Positions 13,028 to 26,500 of a stretch of 64,000 nt of DNA are shown piece after piece (positions within the stretch are counted from its first letter, which is position 1; each line of letters starts with the position of its first letter). Position numbers and translations under genes: made by a program. Source of the stretch: Octopus vulgaris (Eukaryota); contig OX597831.1 in the NCBI GenBank assembly GCA_951406725.2, positions 76,570,001 through 76,634,000 of the forward strand, in the 5' to 3' direction. The notes below the pieces were generated by a model. That model saw only the letters and a list, made by a program, of their open reading frames with translations, was not told where the DNA came from and did no database searches.

Positions 13028-13948
13028 ATATATACATATATATATGTATATATATATGTAAAAATATATGTGTGTGTGTGTGCGTGTGTGTTTGTATGTG
13101 TGTTTGTGTGTGTGTGTTTGTCCCCCAATATCGCTTGACAACCGATGCTAGTGTGTTTACGTCCCATAGCTTAGCGGTTCAGCAAAAGAGATTCGATAGA
13201 ATAAGTACTAGGCTTACAAAAATTAAGTCCTGGGGGTCGATTTGCTCGACAAAAGGCGATGCTCCAGCATGGCCATAGTCAAATGACTGAAACAAGTAAA
13301 AAGAATAAAAGAATAAGTGTGCATAATTCACTGGCAAGGCATTGATCGGCCCAGGACTTTAGGAGAAGAAACTTGTCCAAAATACCTATTTCTTTACTAC
13401 CCACAAGGGGCTAAACACAGAGAGCACAAACAAGGACAGACAAACGGATTAAGTCGATTACATCGACCCCAGTGCGTAACTGGTACTTAATTTATCGACC
13501 CCGAAAGGATGAAAGGCAAAGTCGACCTCGGCGGAATTTGAACTCAGAGCGTCACGGCAGACGGAATTACGAAGCGAACGTTTTTTTTTACCCAGACACC
13601 CACGTCAGCCCTTTATGTACAATTTCGTTGAAATAAAAGCAAGATAAAAAAAAAAAAAAAAAACGGAATCCCACAGTTTTAGCTAGATTCCACCTGGATT
13701 TGAACCATAACACAGCGAAGCATAGAAACAGTGAGGTGAAGTCGGAGGTGGTGGTGGAGGAGGAATCGAGAAGTGAAACTGACTCAACTCTTTTGTTTGT
13801 GTAACGTTAAGCGTCTAGAGTAGCCTCCCCCTGAATGCCGCACTCTTCTTTTCAGGCAGGGTGTTGTCTCCTGCCTAAACCATCCTGTTTAGTAATTAGT
13901 AATAGTTATTAATTAATTAATTAGCTTTAATTAGTTCAGTTCCTCGTT

Positions 13949-14024
13949 ATGATGGATTATTGCCATGTAACAATATACGTGTTATTTCTTTGTCTCGCTG
14001 CGTGTGGTTTCGTTCCCGTCTCTG
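13949..14024 (+). CDS. ADAM17: ADAM17-like exon 1 (signal peptide [25 protein letters not shown])
   Basis: ATG, hydrophobic core, strong donor G|gtaagt; phase 1 matches exon 2. Confidence 0.75.
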
Positions 14025-14138
14025 GTAAGTTGAAATGCATGTTTGTACACACACACACCTATACAAACAAACAAACATACATACATACATATACATAAAT
14101 ACATACACACACACGCACACACACACACATATATATAC

Positions 14139-14236
<98 letters not shown>

Positions 14237-14263
14237 AGTTAGGTACAAAAATTTCAGGGTGGA

Positions 14264-14316
<53 letters not shown>

Positions 14317-14607
14317 GTATGCATGTATACACACAAAATTACTCGTGTGTAACCTCTCTGACATCTGAAGACATGGGATTTTGTGGCTTTCATGCGTCTC
14401 TTGAGAGAACTTTGACATCGTACATGAAGCGATGAAGTGGAGAAAGCAACAACTGGGACAGGAAGCAAGTTCATTCTCACCTCATATCTCGGTCTTTTAC
14501 GACTTCGTAATTGTTTATACAGGCTCATATGTAACAAATACATGTACACATTCAACACACTCATAAACATACACACATAAACAAACGTATATGCACATAA
14601 ATATACT

Positions 14608-14654
<47 letters not shown>

Positions 14655-14874
14655 TTGTAGAGCACCTGAGCACTGTACACAATGTTTTATTATTATTATT
14701 ATATATACACCTACACACATGTACATACTCATAAATATACGTACACACGACTATATATAAACACATACGCAAATATATATCAAATATATATATATGTATA
14801 TATATTTATATATATATATATATATACACACACATACATACTCACACGACTATATATAAACACATACGCAAATG

Positions 14875-14906
<32 letters not shown>

Positions 14907-15377
14907 ATATATATATATATATATACACACACATACATACACACATGACTATATATAAACGCATATACAAATATACATGCACAAACACACACCTTGATTG
15001 TTTTTAACTGTAAAATATATTTGATGCCGCGAGGAACAAGAAACTACCATTCCAGGAACCCTTTTAGACTTGCAGTATTTCAGGAAGTAAAGCTTTCGTT
15101 TTTAACTGTTTTTGGCGCAATCCAGGGATGAACGTCACTACTTCATGTGTGAAGAATTAGAGGAAGTTGGTGTCACAAAATAACATCTCAGTCATATTTG
15201 ATATTTTTTAAGAAATGTTGTGGTCTTTATTGACTTTCTTAAAGATATATATTAAGTTGAGATTATGGCTCCAGCTAGGATATCAAGTACCGCGCGCAAG
15301 TGTCTTTCTCTATAGCCCCAGGCCGACCAAAGCCTTGTGAGTGGATTTGGTAGACGGAAACTGAAAGAAGCCTGTCG

Positions 15378-15412
<35 letters not shown>

Positions 15413-15658
15413 ATTTAGCAATCGATGCTAATGTCTATAAGTCTCTTAAGGTAGCAGTTCGAAAAATAGAGGCTGATAGAATAAGTCCTGGGGTCGATTT
15501 CTTCGACTAAAATTCCATCAAGGTGGTGCTCCAGCATGACCGCAGTCAAATGACGGAAACAAGTAAAAGAATATTAGACAAAAGAAATATCTATCTATCT
15601 ACATAATATCGAGGTCTCTTTCATTCTTTTGTTGTCTTACCATTTCTATCAATATACA

Positions 15659-15718
<60 letters not shown>

Positions 15719-17530
15719 TAGCAGTATCGCCCGGCGTTGCTCGGGTTTGTAAGGGAAATAACTATATAAGCATTTTTAGAGAGTTACTTCCCTTATAAAT
15801 TCGGGCTTTCTTAGCCATTTTTGTTTTGGTGTCTTCAAGCCATGAAGTCGTTGTTCTAAAAGAACGCTGGTTTCCTTCACAACGCATTACGACGTTGATT
15901 TCTTTACACTCCCTTCCCCACAGCTTCACGAGGGAGGGAAGGGGAAGGAGCAAACAGGTGCAGCTGTGAGCGTGGACGCCAACTCCGCCGCCATCGACAT
16001 ACGATGCATTTTATGCATTAAAATGGAATAAAAAATTATGTTAAATTATTTTTTAAATCGTTGACTCATCGTTGACGCGCGCTAATAGTCAGACGGGCTC
16101 GATATGAATCACGACTATAAGATACCCGAATTTGGTTAAACTGCACCGCAAAATGTGGGAGGAGTTAGGAATCTAAATCGAAGGGGACAGACACTCACAC
16201 AACTAGAGTTTTATATATATAGATATATGTATATATATTACACACACACATATACATACATGCATCCATACATACACGCACGAACGGGAGAAAGTTTTAA
16301 TTGTTTGACAGAAAAAGTCCTCAGTTTCAAATGAATATATCTATATATATAAAACTGTAGTTGTGTGAGTGTCTGTCCCCTTCGATTTAGATTCCTAACT
16401 CCTCCCACATTTTGCGGTGCAGTTTAACCAAATTCGGGTATCTTATAGTCATGATTCATATCGAGCCCTTCTGGGTATTAGCGCGCGTCTACGATGAGTC
16501 TACGATTTTAAAAATAATTTAACATCATTTTTTATTCCATTTTAATGCATAATTTTTCGTGTGTCGATGGCGGCGGAGTTGGCGTCCACGCTCAAACACC
16601 TGCACCTGTGTTTGCTTCTCCCCCTTCTTCCCTCCCTCGTGAAGCTGTGGGGAAGGGAGTGTAAGGAAATCAACGTCGTAATGTGTTGTCAAGGAGACCA
16701 GCGTTCTTTTAGAACAACAACTTCATGGCTTGAAGACACCAAAAGAGAAATGGCTAAGAAAGCCCGAATTGGCATCTATAAGGGAAGTAACTCTCTAAAA
16801 ATGCTTATATAGTTATTTCCCTTACAAACCCGAGCAACGCCGGGCGATACTGCTAGTATATATATATATAATCATATATATATATATATATCAATAATAA
16901 TAATGGGTAAAATTAATTAATTAGTAATTAATCATTCTACCAAGTAGTGTTCAGCATATTAAAAGGACCATTTACGGTAAACTTAAACATTACTTTATAT
17001 AATTATGAGTATAATTATAATTAGGGTTCAGCAAAAAAGTTTGCTTTGCCACATACCGAACTTTTAAAAATAGCAGCCAAAGAGCTTAGCTATTTCTTCT
17101 ACTATAAGAAGATTCTCGCAGACAATGTATACTCAAAAACATTCACGTAGGCATAGAGGGAAAAATAACGAAAAATCACCCGGCATTTGATATATATATA
17201 TATATAACAATTGCAGCGTGGAAGGTGTTTATAAGCCATTTAAGAAACACACAAAAGCCGTTCGATTCACTTCAACATTTAAGTTTAATTTGAGGCTATA
17301 GAGAAAGACACTTGCGCGCGGTACTTGATATCCTAGCTGGAGCCATAATCTCAACTTAATATATATTTTTAAGAAAGTCAATAAAGACCACAACAAACTT
17401 AAATGTTGAAGTGAATTGAACGGCTTTTGTGTGTTTCTTAAATGGCTTACAAACACCTTCCACGCTGCAATTGTTTTCGTTTCAGCACACGATCTCAGAA
17501 CAAATTACTTGCTATGCGAGTACATCTCCG

Positions 17531-17586
<56 letters not shown>

Positions 17587-20500
17587 GGCCTTCTAAGGTC
17601 GGGACTTATTCTGAAAGAAGAAAATTTGTAGCTAATTCTTCATCAGTTGTCATCATTTATGTTTTTATATTTATAATATATAATATGTTTATATATATAT
17701 ATATATGTGTGTGTGTTTATATATATAATCACAGTATTCCTTGAATATATGTGTTTATTTATATTTGTCTGTGTGTGTGTGTATTATACACACATTTTGA
17801 GTACTTCGGTTCACGGTGTCCAATATAACTGTGACGAGTTTTGTCACATTTTAATCGTGACAAAAAGGAAAAAAAACCCAATTAAACCTTTACGTTTTTT
17901 GGGACGAAGGTAAACGGATTTTGCAAACCCTGACAACTAAAAAATTCACACACACACACCCAGGTAGAAAGATACTTTTGTAGTTGTGGCCGATGTTGTA
18001 TTTACTAAAGGATTGATACGAGTGTGTGACAGTTGATTGGCGAGCCTTGTCGCAGAATGCCCATAACTACTTCCTCGTTGGAGACAAGGAATTAAGAGGT
18101 GGATCACAGATGGCACTGCATTGCCGTTACGTTCTGAGTTCGAATCCCGCCGAGGTCGACTTTGCCTTTCATCCTTTCGGGGTCGATTAAATGAGTACCT
18201 GTTACACACTGGGGTCGATATAATCGACTTAATCTGTTTGTTTGTCCTTGTTTGTCCCCCCCCCCCCTTGTGTTTAGCCCCTTGTGGGTAGTAATGAAAT
18301 AACTACTTCTCTCTCGGGTCCTGAGAGAGAGAGAGAGAGAGAGGTGGGAGAAAAATATAAAAGACACGAAAGGTGGGTGAGAAAAACAGAACTTTTATAG
18401 GGAATACATACGTGTGTATCATCTTATCGGTACTACTTAAGAACAGTGGTCCCGATGCGCGCACTCGCGTAGTCACGCATCCGCGCTAGCTAGTCATGAC
18501 TAGTCGATCCTTACTTTGTGTTTTATTTACTTTGTGTAAAAAAAATTATTTATTTTGTGTTTTATTTACTTTGCTAGGTAGTCGTTGTAGGATCGACTAG
18601 TCACGACTAGCTAGCGTGGATGCGCGACTACGCGAGTGCGCGCACCGGGACCACTGTTCTCAAGTAGTACCCATCTTATCCAATGTGTCCTCCCGTAGTG
18701 TTAGCGTGTGACGTTGAGAGAGATTTGGCTGTTATTTCCAGCAAATCGTAGAGAGAGAGAGTGGTGGCGTGTTGACGATCTGAACGACAGCTTATACAAA
18801 ACTTATTAGACCCCCTCCTTTTCCTTGCTTTCAATCGGCGTTTTATCAGCTTGTGGAGGTGCAATGGCCTAGTGGTTAGGGCAGCGGACTCGTGGTCATA
18901 GGATCGCGGTTTCGATTCCCAGACCAGGCGTTGTGAGTGTTTATTGAGCGAAAACACCTAAAAGCTCCACGATGCTCCGGCAGGGGGGGGGGGGGGGGTG
19001 AACCCTGCTGTACTCTTTCACCACAACTTTCTCTCACTCTTACTTCCTGTTTCTGTTGTACCTGTATTTCAAGGGGCCGGCCTTGTCACTCTCTGTGTCA
19101 CGCTGAATATCCCCGAGAACTACGTTAAGGGTGCACGTGTCTGTGAAGTGCTCAGCCACTTACACGTTAATTTCACGAGCAGGCTGCTCCATTGATTCGG
19201 ATCAACCGGAACCCTCGTCGTCGTAACCGACGGAGTGCTTCCACTTATCAGCTTTTCATATGAATGTGTGTGTGTGTGTGTGATGGGCAGCATGAACAAC
19301 GGTCGTCCATTTCACAACCCCCTCAAAAAAAAATTAATCAAAAAAAATCTGTGTCTGAGATTGAAAAGATCCGTTTATTCTTTTATTTGTTTCAGTCATT
19401 TGACCGCGGCCATGCTGGAGCACTGCCTCGGACCCCCCCCCCCCCCCAGGACCTTTTTTTTTTTTAAAGCTTAGTCCTTATTCTATCGGGTCTCTTTTGC
19501 CGAACCACTTCTTGCCACACCCACATCTGTAAATTATAATGTGCGATTTTATTCTCTCTCTTTACTCTTTTACTTGTTTCAGTCATTTGACTGCGGCCAT
19601 GCTGGAGCACCGCCTTTAGTCGAACAAATTGACCCCGGGACTTATTCTTTGTAAGCCCAGTACTTATTCTATCGGTCTCTTTTGCCGAACTACTAAGTGA
19701 CGGGGACGTAAACACACCAGCATCGGTTGTCAAGCAATGCTAGGGGGACAAACACAGACACAAACACACACACACACGCATATACATATATATACATATA
19801 TACGACAGGCTTCTTTCAGTTTCCGTCTACCAAATCCACTCACAAGGCATTGGTCGGCCCGGGGCTATAGCAGAAGACACTTGCCCAGGATGCCACGCAG
19901 TGGGACTGAACCCGGAACCATGTGGTTGGTAAACAAGCTACTTACCACACAGCCACTCCTGCGTCTCTACAATGGACGCAAAACCTGAAATGTGGATGGA
20001 GGGGGCCAGTCGATTATAGTGAACCCGTGTTTAACTGGTACTTATTTTATCAGTCCCACAAAGATGAAAGTCAAAGTTAGCCTCAGCAGAATTTGAACTC
20101 GAAACGTAAAGCGAGGAGAAACGCTGCAAAGCATTTCATTGAGTATGCAAATGTGGAATCAATTATTATATATATAAAGAACAAAAAAGTTTGAATGAAT
20201 AAGAGTTTTAGGCTTGAAAAATATGTTACAATTACATTTAAATACCATGAACGATAATTAAAGAAATTAAGCAATATTTTTAGTTTTTTTATTAGTTTTT
20301 TTATTACATTACTTGTATACAATGGTAACACCAATTTAAATATTTGGTAGCATTACATAGTTGTGGAAAAACACAAAAACACACACACACATGTGTTTTA
20401 TTTTATATTTGGAATAAAACAATGAAAGCAAAAGAAAGCATTCGTCGTTTGCTGGAGTTTTACTGTGGCTTTTTTTTTTTTTCAGCTAAGCTTTGTTTCA

Positions 20501-23500
20501 GTGTTGTTATCACTCACTGACTCATTATGAATTTAGCTCATTAAAACGTGACACTGCCTATATGACTGCCTTTGCCAACTGCATGCAGTCGTTGTTGCAG
20601 GCATGGCTTTGGTCGGTACAGACGTAGCCGTGAGGCTAAGTAGTTTGTTTTCCTATCATATGGTTCCAGGTTCAGTCCCACTGCATGGCACTTTGGGCAA
20701 GTGTCCTCTACAATAGCCCCAGGTGGACCAAAGCAGTGGTTCTTGACCTTAGTGGGGTCACACTGAAAAAAGGTAAAACATGAATGAATTTTAAAAAATT
20801 TATATTTGAATGAAGACCATCAAAGGCCACTTGGGGCCCTGGGAGCCGCAGTTGAAGACCGCTGAACCAAAGACTTGTGAGTGAATCTGGTGGTTGGAAA
20901 CTGAATGAAACTTATCATCATCATCATCATTTAACATCCGTTTTCCCTGCTGGTATGGGTTGGACAGTTTGACAGGAGCTGCTTCTGCTCCCTGTCTGTT
21001 TTGACATGGTACCTTACAGCTGGATGCCCTCCCTAATGCCAACCCCTTTACAGAGTGTAGTGGGTGTCTTTACACAGCACCAGCAGGGGTGCATGTACAT
21101 TCCACCAGTAAGGGTGCTTTTTAGGTGGCACCCCAGCACCCGTGAACCTGCAAGATTTGGAACGGTCAGCTGGAGAGGGATGCCGAGGACATACCTGCAT
21201 GCAAAGATGACCATGTATTTACTCAGCCAGCTTGATGTGTCTTCTCAGTCAGAGCAAACCACCAAGAGTTATGGCTAATGCTGAGGTGTAAATGGCCAGG
21301 TAGACTGCAAACTATAGTGTAAATGGCCAGGTAGACTGCATGCTAAAGTGGTGCCGTTTAATCAAACCAACTTAATTACTAATTTATAGTATATCTTATA
21401 TTTTATTTTCGCTCCGGAGCATAAAAATATACAGATGTATACACAACTCAAGAATAATAATTTCAGACAAACTAATGAAGAGAATAACAAACAAAAAAAA
21501 AACATTCAGAAGAATTACAATAAGAAGCTTATCTTATATGACACAATATCTATGTCCTTATATTTTTGAACAGGGAGTCCAGCACAAGACACAGATATTG
21601 TGTTGTATAGCCAGCTGGAAACGATATTTCCTGGGGCTAAACAGCAATAACACTCGTTCCTTCCAGGGCAGCCACATTATTTTGGCAAATAGCATTTACT
21701 TTAGAGAACTTTCACTGAATATCTCTCTTTGAGAGCTTTAGAAATAATAATGTTTCTATTTATATGTTATAAAATGGTAATTAAATCAATTTAATTAAAC
21801 TAAGCGCTTTGTTTATAAAATATATAGTATGAAATGGTAATTAAACCAGTTTAATTAATCTTAGTAATCATCAGTGTAAATGATGCTTGTAACTAAATTC
21901 ATTGTTTAACTTGATAATTTGCTTTTAAGTAGTTATAATAGGAACGATAATAATAATAATAATAATAAAACTGAAAGGTGTGGCTGTATGGTAAGAAGAT
22001 TGCTTCCCACACATGGGTTCAGTCCCACAGCATGGCACCTTGGGCAAGTGTCTTCTATTGTAGCCTTAGGCTGACCAAAGCCTTGTGAGTGGATTTAGTA
22101 CAAGGAAACTGCCATTACATTCTGAGTTCAAATTCTGCCAAGGTCAACTTTATCTTTCATCCTTTTGGAGTCAATTAAATAAGTACCAGTTATGCACTGG
22201 GGTTGATGTAATCATCTTGTTAGGGTTATAGAAGACAGTGTATAGAGTCAAAATCATTGAAAAGGTTGCAAGACGCAACGAAAATTTTAGAAAAATAAGA
22301 AAGAAATAAGTGGAAATTTTACTGGTGAGTGTGTTACATTATAAGGCACAAAAAGAGAATGACTCTCCCCAGACACAACAGAATATTCTTCAACACACGA
22401 ACTCACATAAAGAATCTTAGAAACCAAATCCAAAAACGAAACATGGATTAGTTGTAGTAAAGATTGTTTGCCAACATAACATGGCAGTCCTGGTTTAGGA
22501 CGAATGTTGCTGTAATATAGCTCCAGGCGACATTGTCTCCAGCTGGCTATATGACACGATCTGTGTCCTTATAGATCGTATCGTATAGCCAGCTAGAGAC
22601 GATGTCTCCTAGGGCTAAACCAGGACTGCTATGTTATGTCGGCAAAAATCTTTACTACAAAGTACTGTTGCTGAATATCTCTCATTGTGAGATTTAAAAA
22701 TAGTAACCTTCTAATATGGATTAGTTGTTTGAATATATTATGCATGGCCATCCGATCGTGGCTGTGCCAGCCTCGCCTGGCACCTGTGTCAGTGGCACAT
22801 AAAAAGCACCCACTACACTCACGGAGTGGTTGGCGTTAGGAAGGGCATCCAGCTGTAGAAACACTGCCAGATCTGACTGGCCTGGTGCAGCCTTCTGGCT
22901 TCTCAGACCCCAGTTGAACCGTCCAACCCATGCCAGCATGGAAAGTAGACGTTAAACGATGATGATGATGATGTGATTGGATCTTTGATCCAATCCCTGA
23001 ACAGCACAGGACTCAACAAATGTCCAAGCAATCACATAGTAGGTATGTTGACCAATCACTACAGACTAAACTTGATAAGCCTATATAAATTCAAATGTTT
23101 TCAATATGCCGCAGTAGAAATTGGTCTTGCCACGAGGTATTTAGATGATGGTCATTAATTTTCCCTTCCTTGCACCTGCATGCAGGCCTTCACTCCTCAT
23201 CCCCGATCATCACACCACACCGCACCACTGCCCTATCCTTTTCTAAAACTCTTCCAATGTAGTACATCGTTTATCTGTTTGTATTTCCCAGTGCACACTT
23301 CGTCTTTTGCAGGAAATATACAGCAGAAACTGCACTATTTTGAAACCCTGAAATCTACAGACATTCACATAATCACTAAACGTAGCATTGACGCCAACCC
23401 CCAGTCACACCTTAAGTTTGTACACCTGAAAGGACTAGGCAGGTAGGTTGCTAATGTTCGTTAAGAACAATGTTATTTTTGTGTATTTCAAGGGTTGGGG

Positions 23501-26500
23501 GTTTATTCAGTGACAAGGGCTGATTAATTTTCTATTTCTAATTATAAATCCTCATTGCTGGGGTCTGTTTGTGCTGTGGCTCAAAGAGTATTCTCTTCCC
23601 TTAACCTTACAATCAGGCATCTCTCTCACTCATTCTGTTGACTCAAACTTTATGCATACTTGCTACTCTGTTAACCTACACTCAAACCTGCACTCTCAAA
23701 CCTGACTTTAAACTAAATTGAGCTTCACTCTCACTTACTCTTTTAATTCAAGCATCACACTCACCCTGTTGAAACTGACATCAGTCTTATTCTGTCAACA
23801 CAGATCTCTCACTCACTCTTAACTCAAACTTAAGTCTCACTCACTATTGATTCAAACTTCACTCTCATTCCCTCTTGACTTAAATGTCAGTCTCTCTCAC
23901 TCTACAGATGCAGACCTCACTTTCATTCACTGTATTGGCACAACCTCTCACTCACCCTTTTGGCACAGGCCTCGCTTCCACTCAATTGGCACAGACCTCA
24001 CTCTCACTCACTCTAGTGACTCAAACCCATCCTCACTAACTATTAAATACAAACTTCAAATTATGTTTTAGTGATATTTAAGTGCTCCAGTCTGGTCATC
24101 ACTATATTTGTATAGTTATGGTTTAAATTAAGGTTTTTGAGTGTTTTCCACAATTTTCTCTTGTATTTTTTTGGTTAATTTGAAGAAATTCTCAGAATAA
24201 AGCAAGAATTGATAACATTATAGAGTTTTTTGTTTTTTGTTTTCTTTGTTTGATGTTTGCTTGTATTTTTATTTTCATTATTTTTATCCAGGGACTTCAA
24301 TTTTTATTTACGTTCCAAGCAGCAAGTTTTGACCTACGATTTCAAAGCCACTGTAGTCGATGCAGATGGTCACGAAACTTCACTTTTTGTTGATAAGAAT
24401 GCCTTTTATCAAGGAGCGCTACAAGGTGCGTCAGTAAGTTCATTCACATCACCACCATCATCATCATCATCATCATCGCCATTGTTTTAACGTTTTCTTT
24501 TCTGTATTTACGTGGTGCAGGTGAGAGAGTATTGTTGGAGTAGAGTTTTCTGTGGTCAGATACCCTTCCTGATCCCTACTCTCCCTTATTTCCAAGCAAA
24601 CTAATAACCCCACCATGACCACTACTGTCTAATGAACAATGAACAGCCTGGATACAGTTACACAGAAAGACTGGAAACAAACGACACTCTGTGAACGAGT
24701 CTTTTGTTTATGAAAACCACTCAACGTGCTAAAGACTTGTCTGAAGTTGTCGTATGCTTTTGTGGTGGACTGCAAGCAAAGGACAATGTCTGGACAGTGA
24801 GGCCATTGTTTACAATCAGTAAACACTCATGAGATGACGAAGGGAAATAAGAAGTGTCACTCTCAATAAATTTAATGCTTTGTGCAGGTCAAGACTTGTC
24901 ATAGAAGCCTACAAATGCTTTCAGGGTTGACTTTAGTCAAAGAATACATTTTACACTCAAATATCAGACTTACGCTCTAAAGAGAGGTCTCTCTCTGTCT
25001 TGACTCACACTTCATTCTCACTCACTTGTGACTCAGACTTCAGTCTCACTCACTCGTGACTCAGACTTCAGTCTCATTTGCTCTTGACTCACACTTCAGT
25101 CTCATTTGCTCTTGACTCACACTTCAGTCTCACTCACTCGTGACTCACACTTCAGTTTCACTTCGCCTTGACTCACACTTCAGTCACACTCCACCTCGAC
25201 TCAGACTTCAGTCTCACTCCATCTTGGCTCAGACTTCAGTCTCACTCCACTTCGATTCAGATTTCAGTCTCACTCACTCTTGACTCAGACTTCAGTTTCA
25301 CTCCGTCTTGACTCAGACTTCAGTCTCACTGACTCTTGACTCAGACTTCAGTCTCACTCGCTCTTGACTCAGACTTCAGTCTCACTCTATCTTGACTCAG
25401 GCTTCAGTCTCACTCACTCTTGACTCAGACTTCAGTCCCACTCGCTCTTTACTCTGACTTATTTACTTTAGTTACCTTGAACCCAAATCCCACCCTAATC
25501 ACTCAAACCTTACTCTCTTACAATCAGCAAACACACAAAGGTGAGAAGAATACAAACTCTCTCTTTCTCCCTCTCTCTCTCTCTCAATGAATTTACATGT
25601 TCTTAATGTTTGTTTTATTTCTCTCTTCTTCCATTTATGCAGACGATGCTCAGTCACATGTTGAAGCTGTTTGGGAAGGTGAGGACTTACTGGCCACCAT
25701 AACCACACCTAATGACACCTATACGGTTGAGGTGAGCTGTTTGATATAACACTTTGATATTCTGGGTTCAGAAATAATGCAAAATTAAACGGACCCCTTC
25801 TTTGTGTCAATGATGAAAACTCTTGATGTTCCCTTTACCTTGTCATCATCATCATCATCATCATCATCATGTGTTCATGTTCCATCATCATCATCATCGT
25901 TTAACGTCCGCTTTCCATGCTAGCATGGGTTGGACGGTTCAACCGGGGTCTGGGTAGCCAGAAGGCTGCACCAGGCTCCAGTCTGATCTGGCAGTGTTTC
26001 TACAGCTGGATGCCCTTCCTAGTGCCAACCACTTTGTGAGTGTAGTTGCTGCTTTTTACGTGCCACCTGCACAGGTGCCAGACGAGGCTGGCAAACAGTC
26101 ACGATCGGATGGTGCTTTTTACGTGCCACCGGCACGGAGACCAGACGAAGCTGGCAACCATGTTGACGTATTTTTACTGGAACCGATGTTCCAAAGACAA
26201 GATTGATCTCCAAGTGTCTCCTTTGGTGTTGGGTTTTCCAGTTGGTTGCCCTTTCTAATGCCAACCACTTTACAACATGGACTGGGTGCTCTTTTCGTGT
26301 CACCTGCACTGTTGCTGGGGTCGCCATGCAGTTTGCAGCCGGGCTATGAGCTACGGGTTGAATTATAGCATAAAGGGCGAAGGTAAAGAATATGTAATAA
26401 AAACCCTAACGCTTACCCCTGACCCTAAACACCAGGTGTGTGTATTCTTTACCTAAGCCACATAATGTGTTGAGTATTTTACTGCTATTTTTAGCAGGTC

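Noticed and set aside
14340-14520. CTGAAGA followed by CATG...CATG as a hammerhead (similar trace at ~39430-39465 on the minus strand)
   Set aside because: No GAAA at the required position; at most a decayed remnant
16561-16812. Signal-peptide-like ORF as ADAM exon 1
   Set aside because: It lies inside a Helitron duplicated nearby; 13949-14024 has the right donor and phase
18853-18930. tRNA gene (also 46884-46945 and the SINE heads)
   Set aside because: A/B boxes are present, but these are SINE heads joined to repeat bodies, without a convincing acceptor stem
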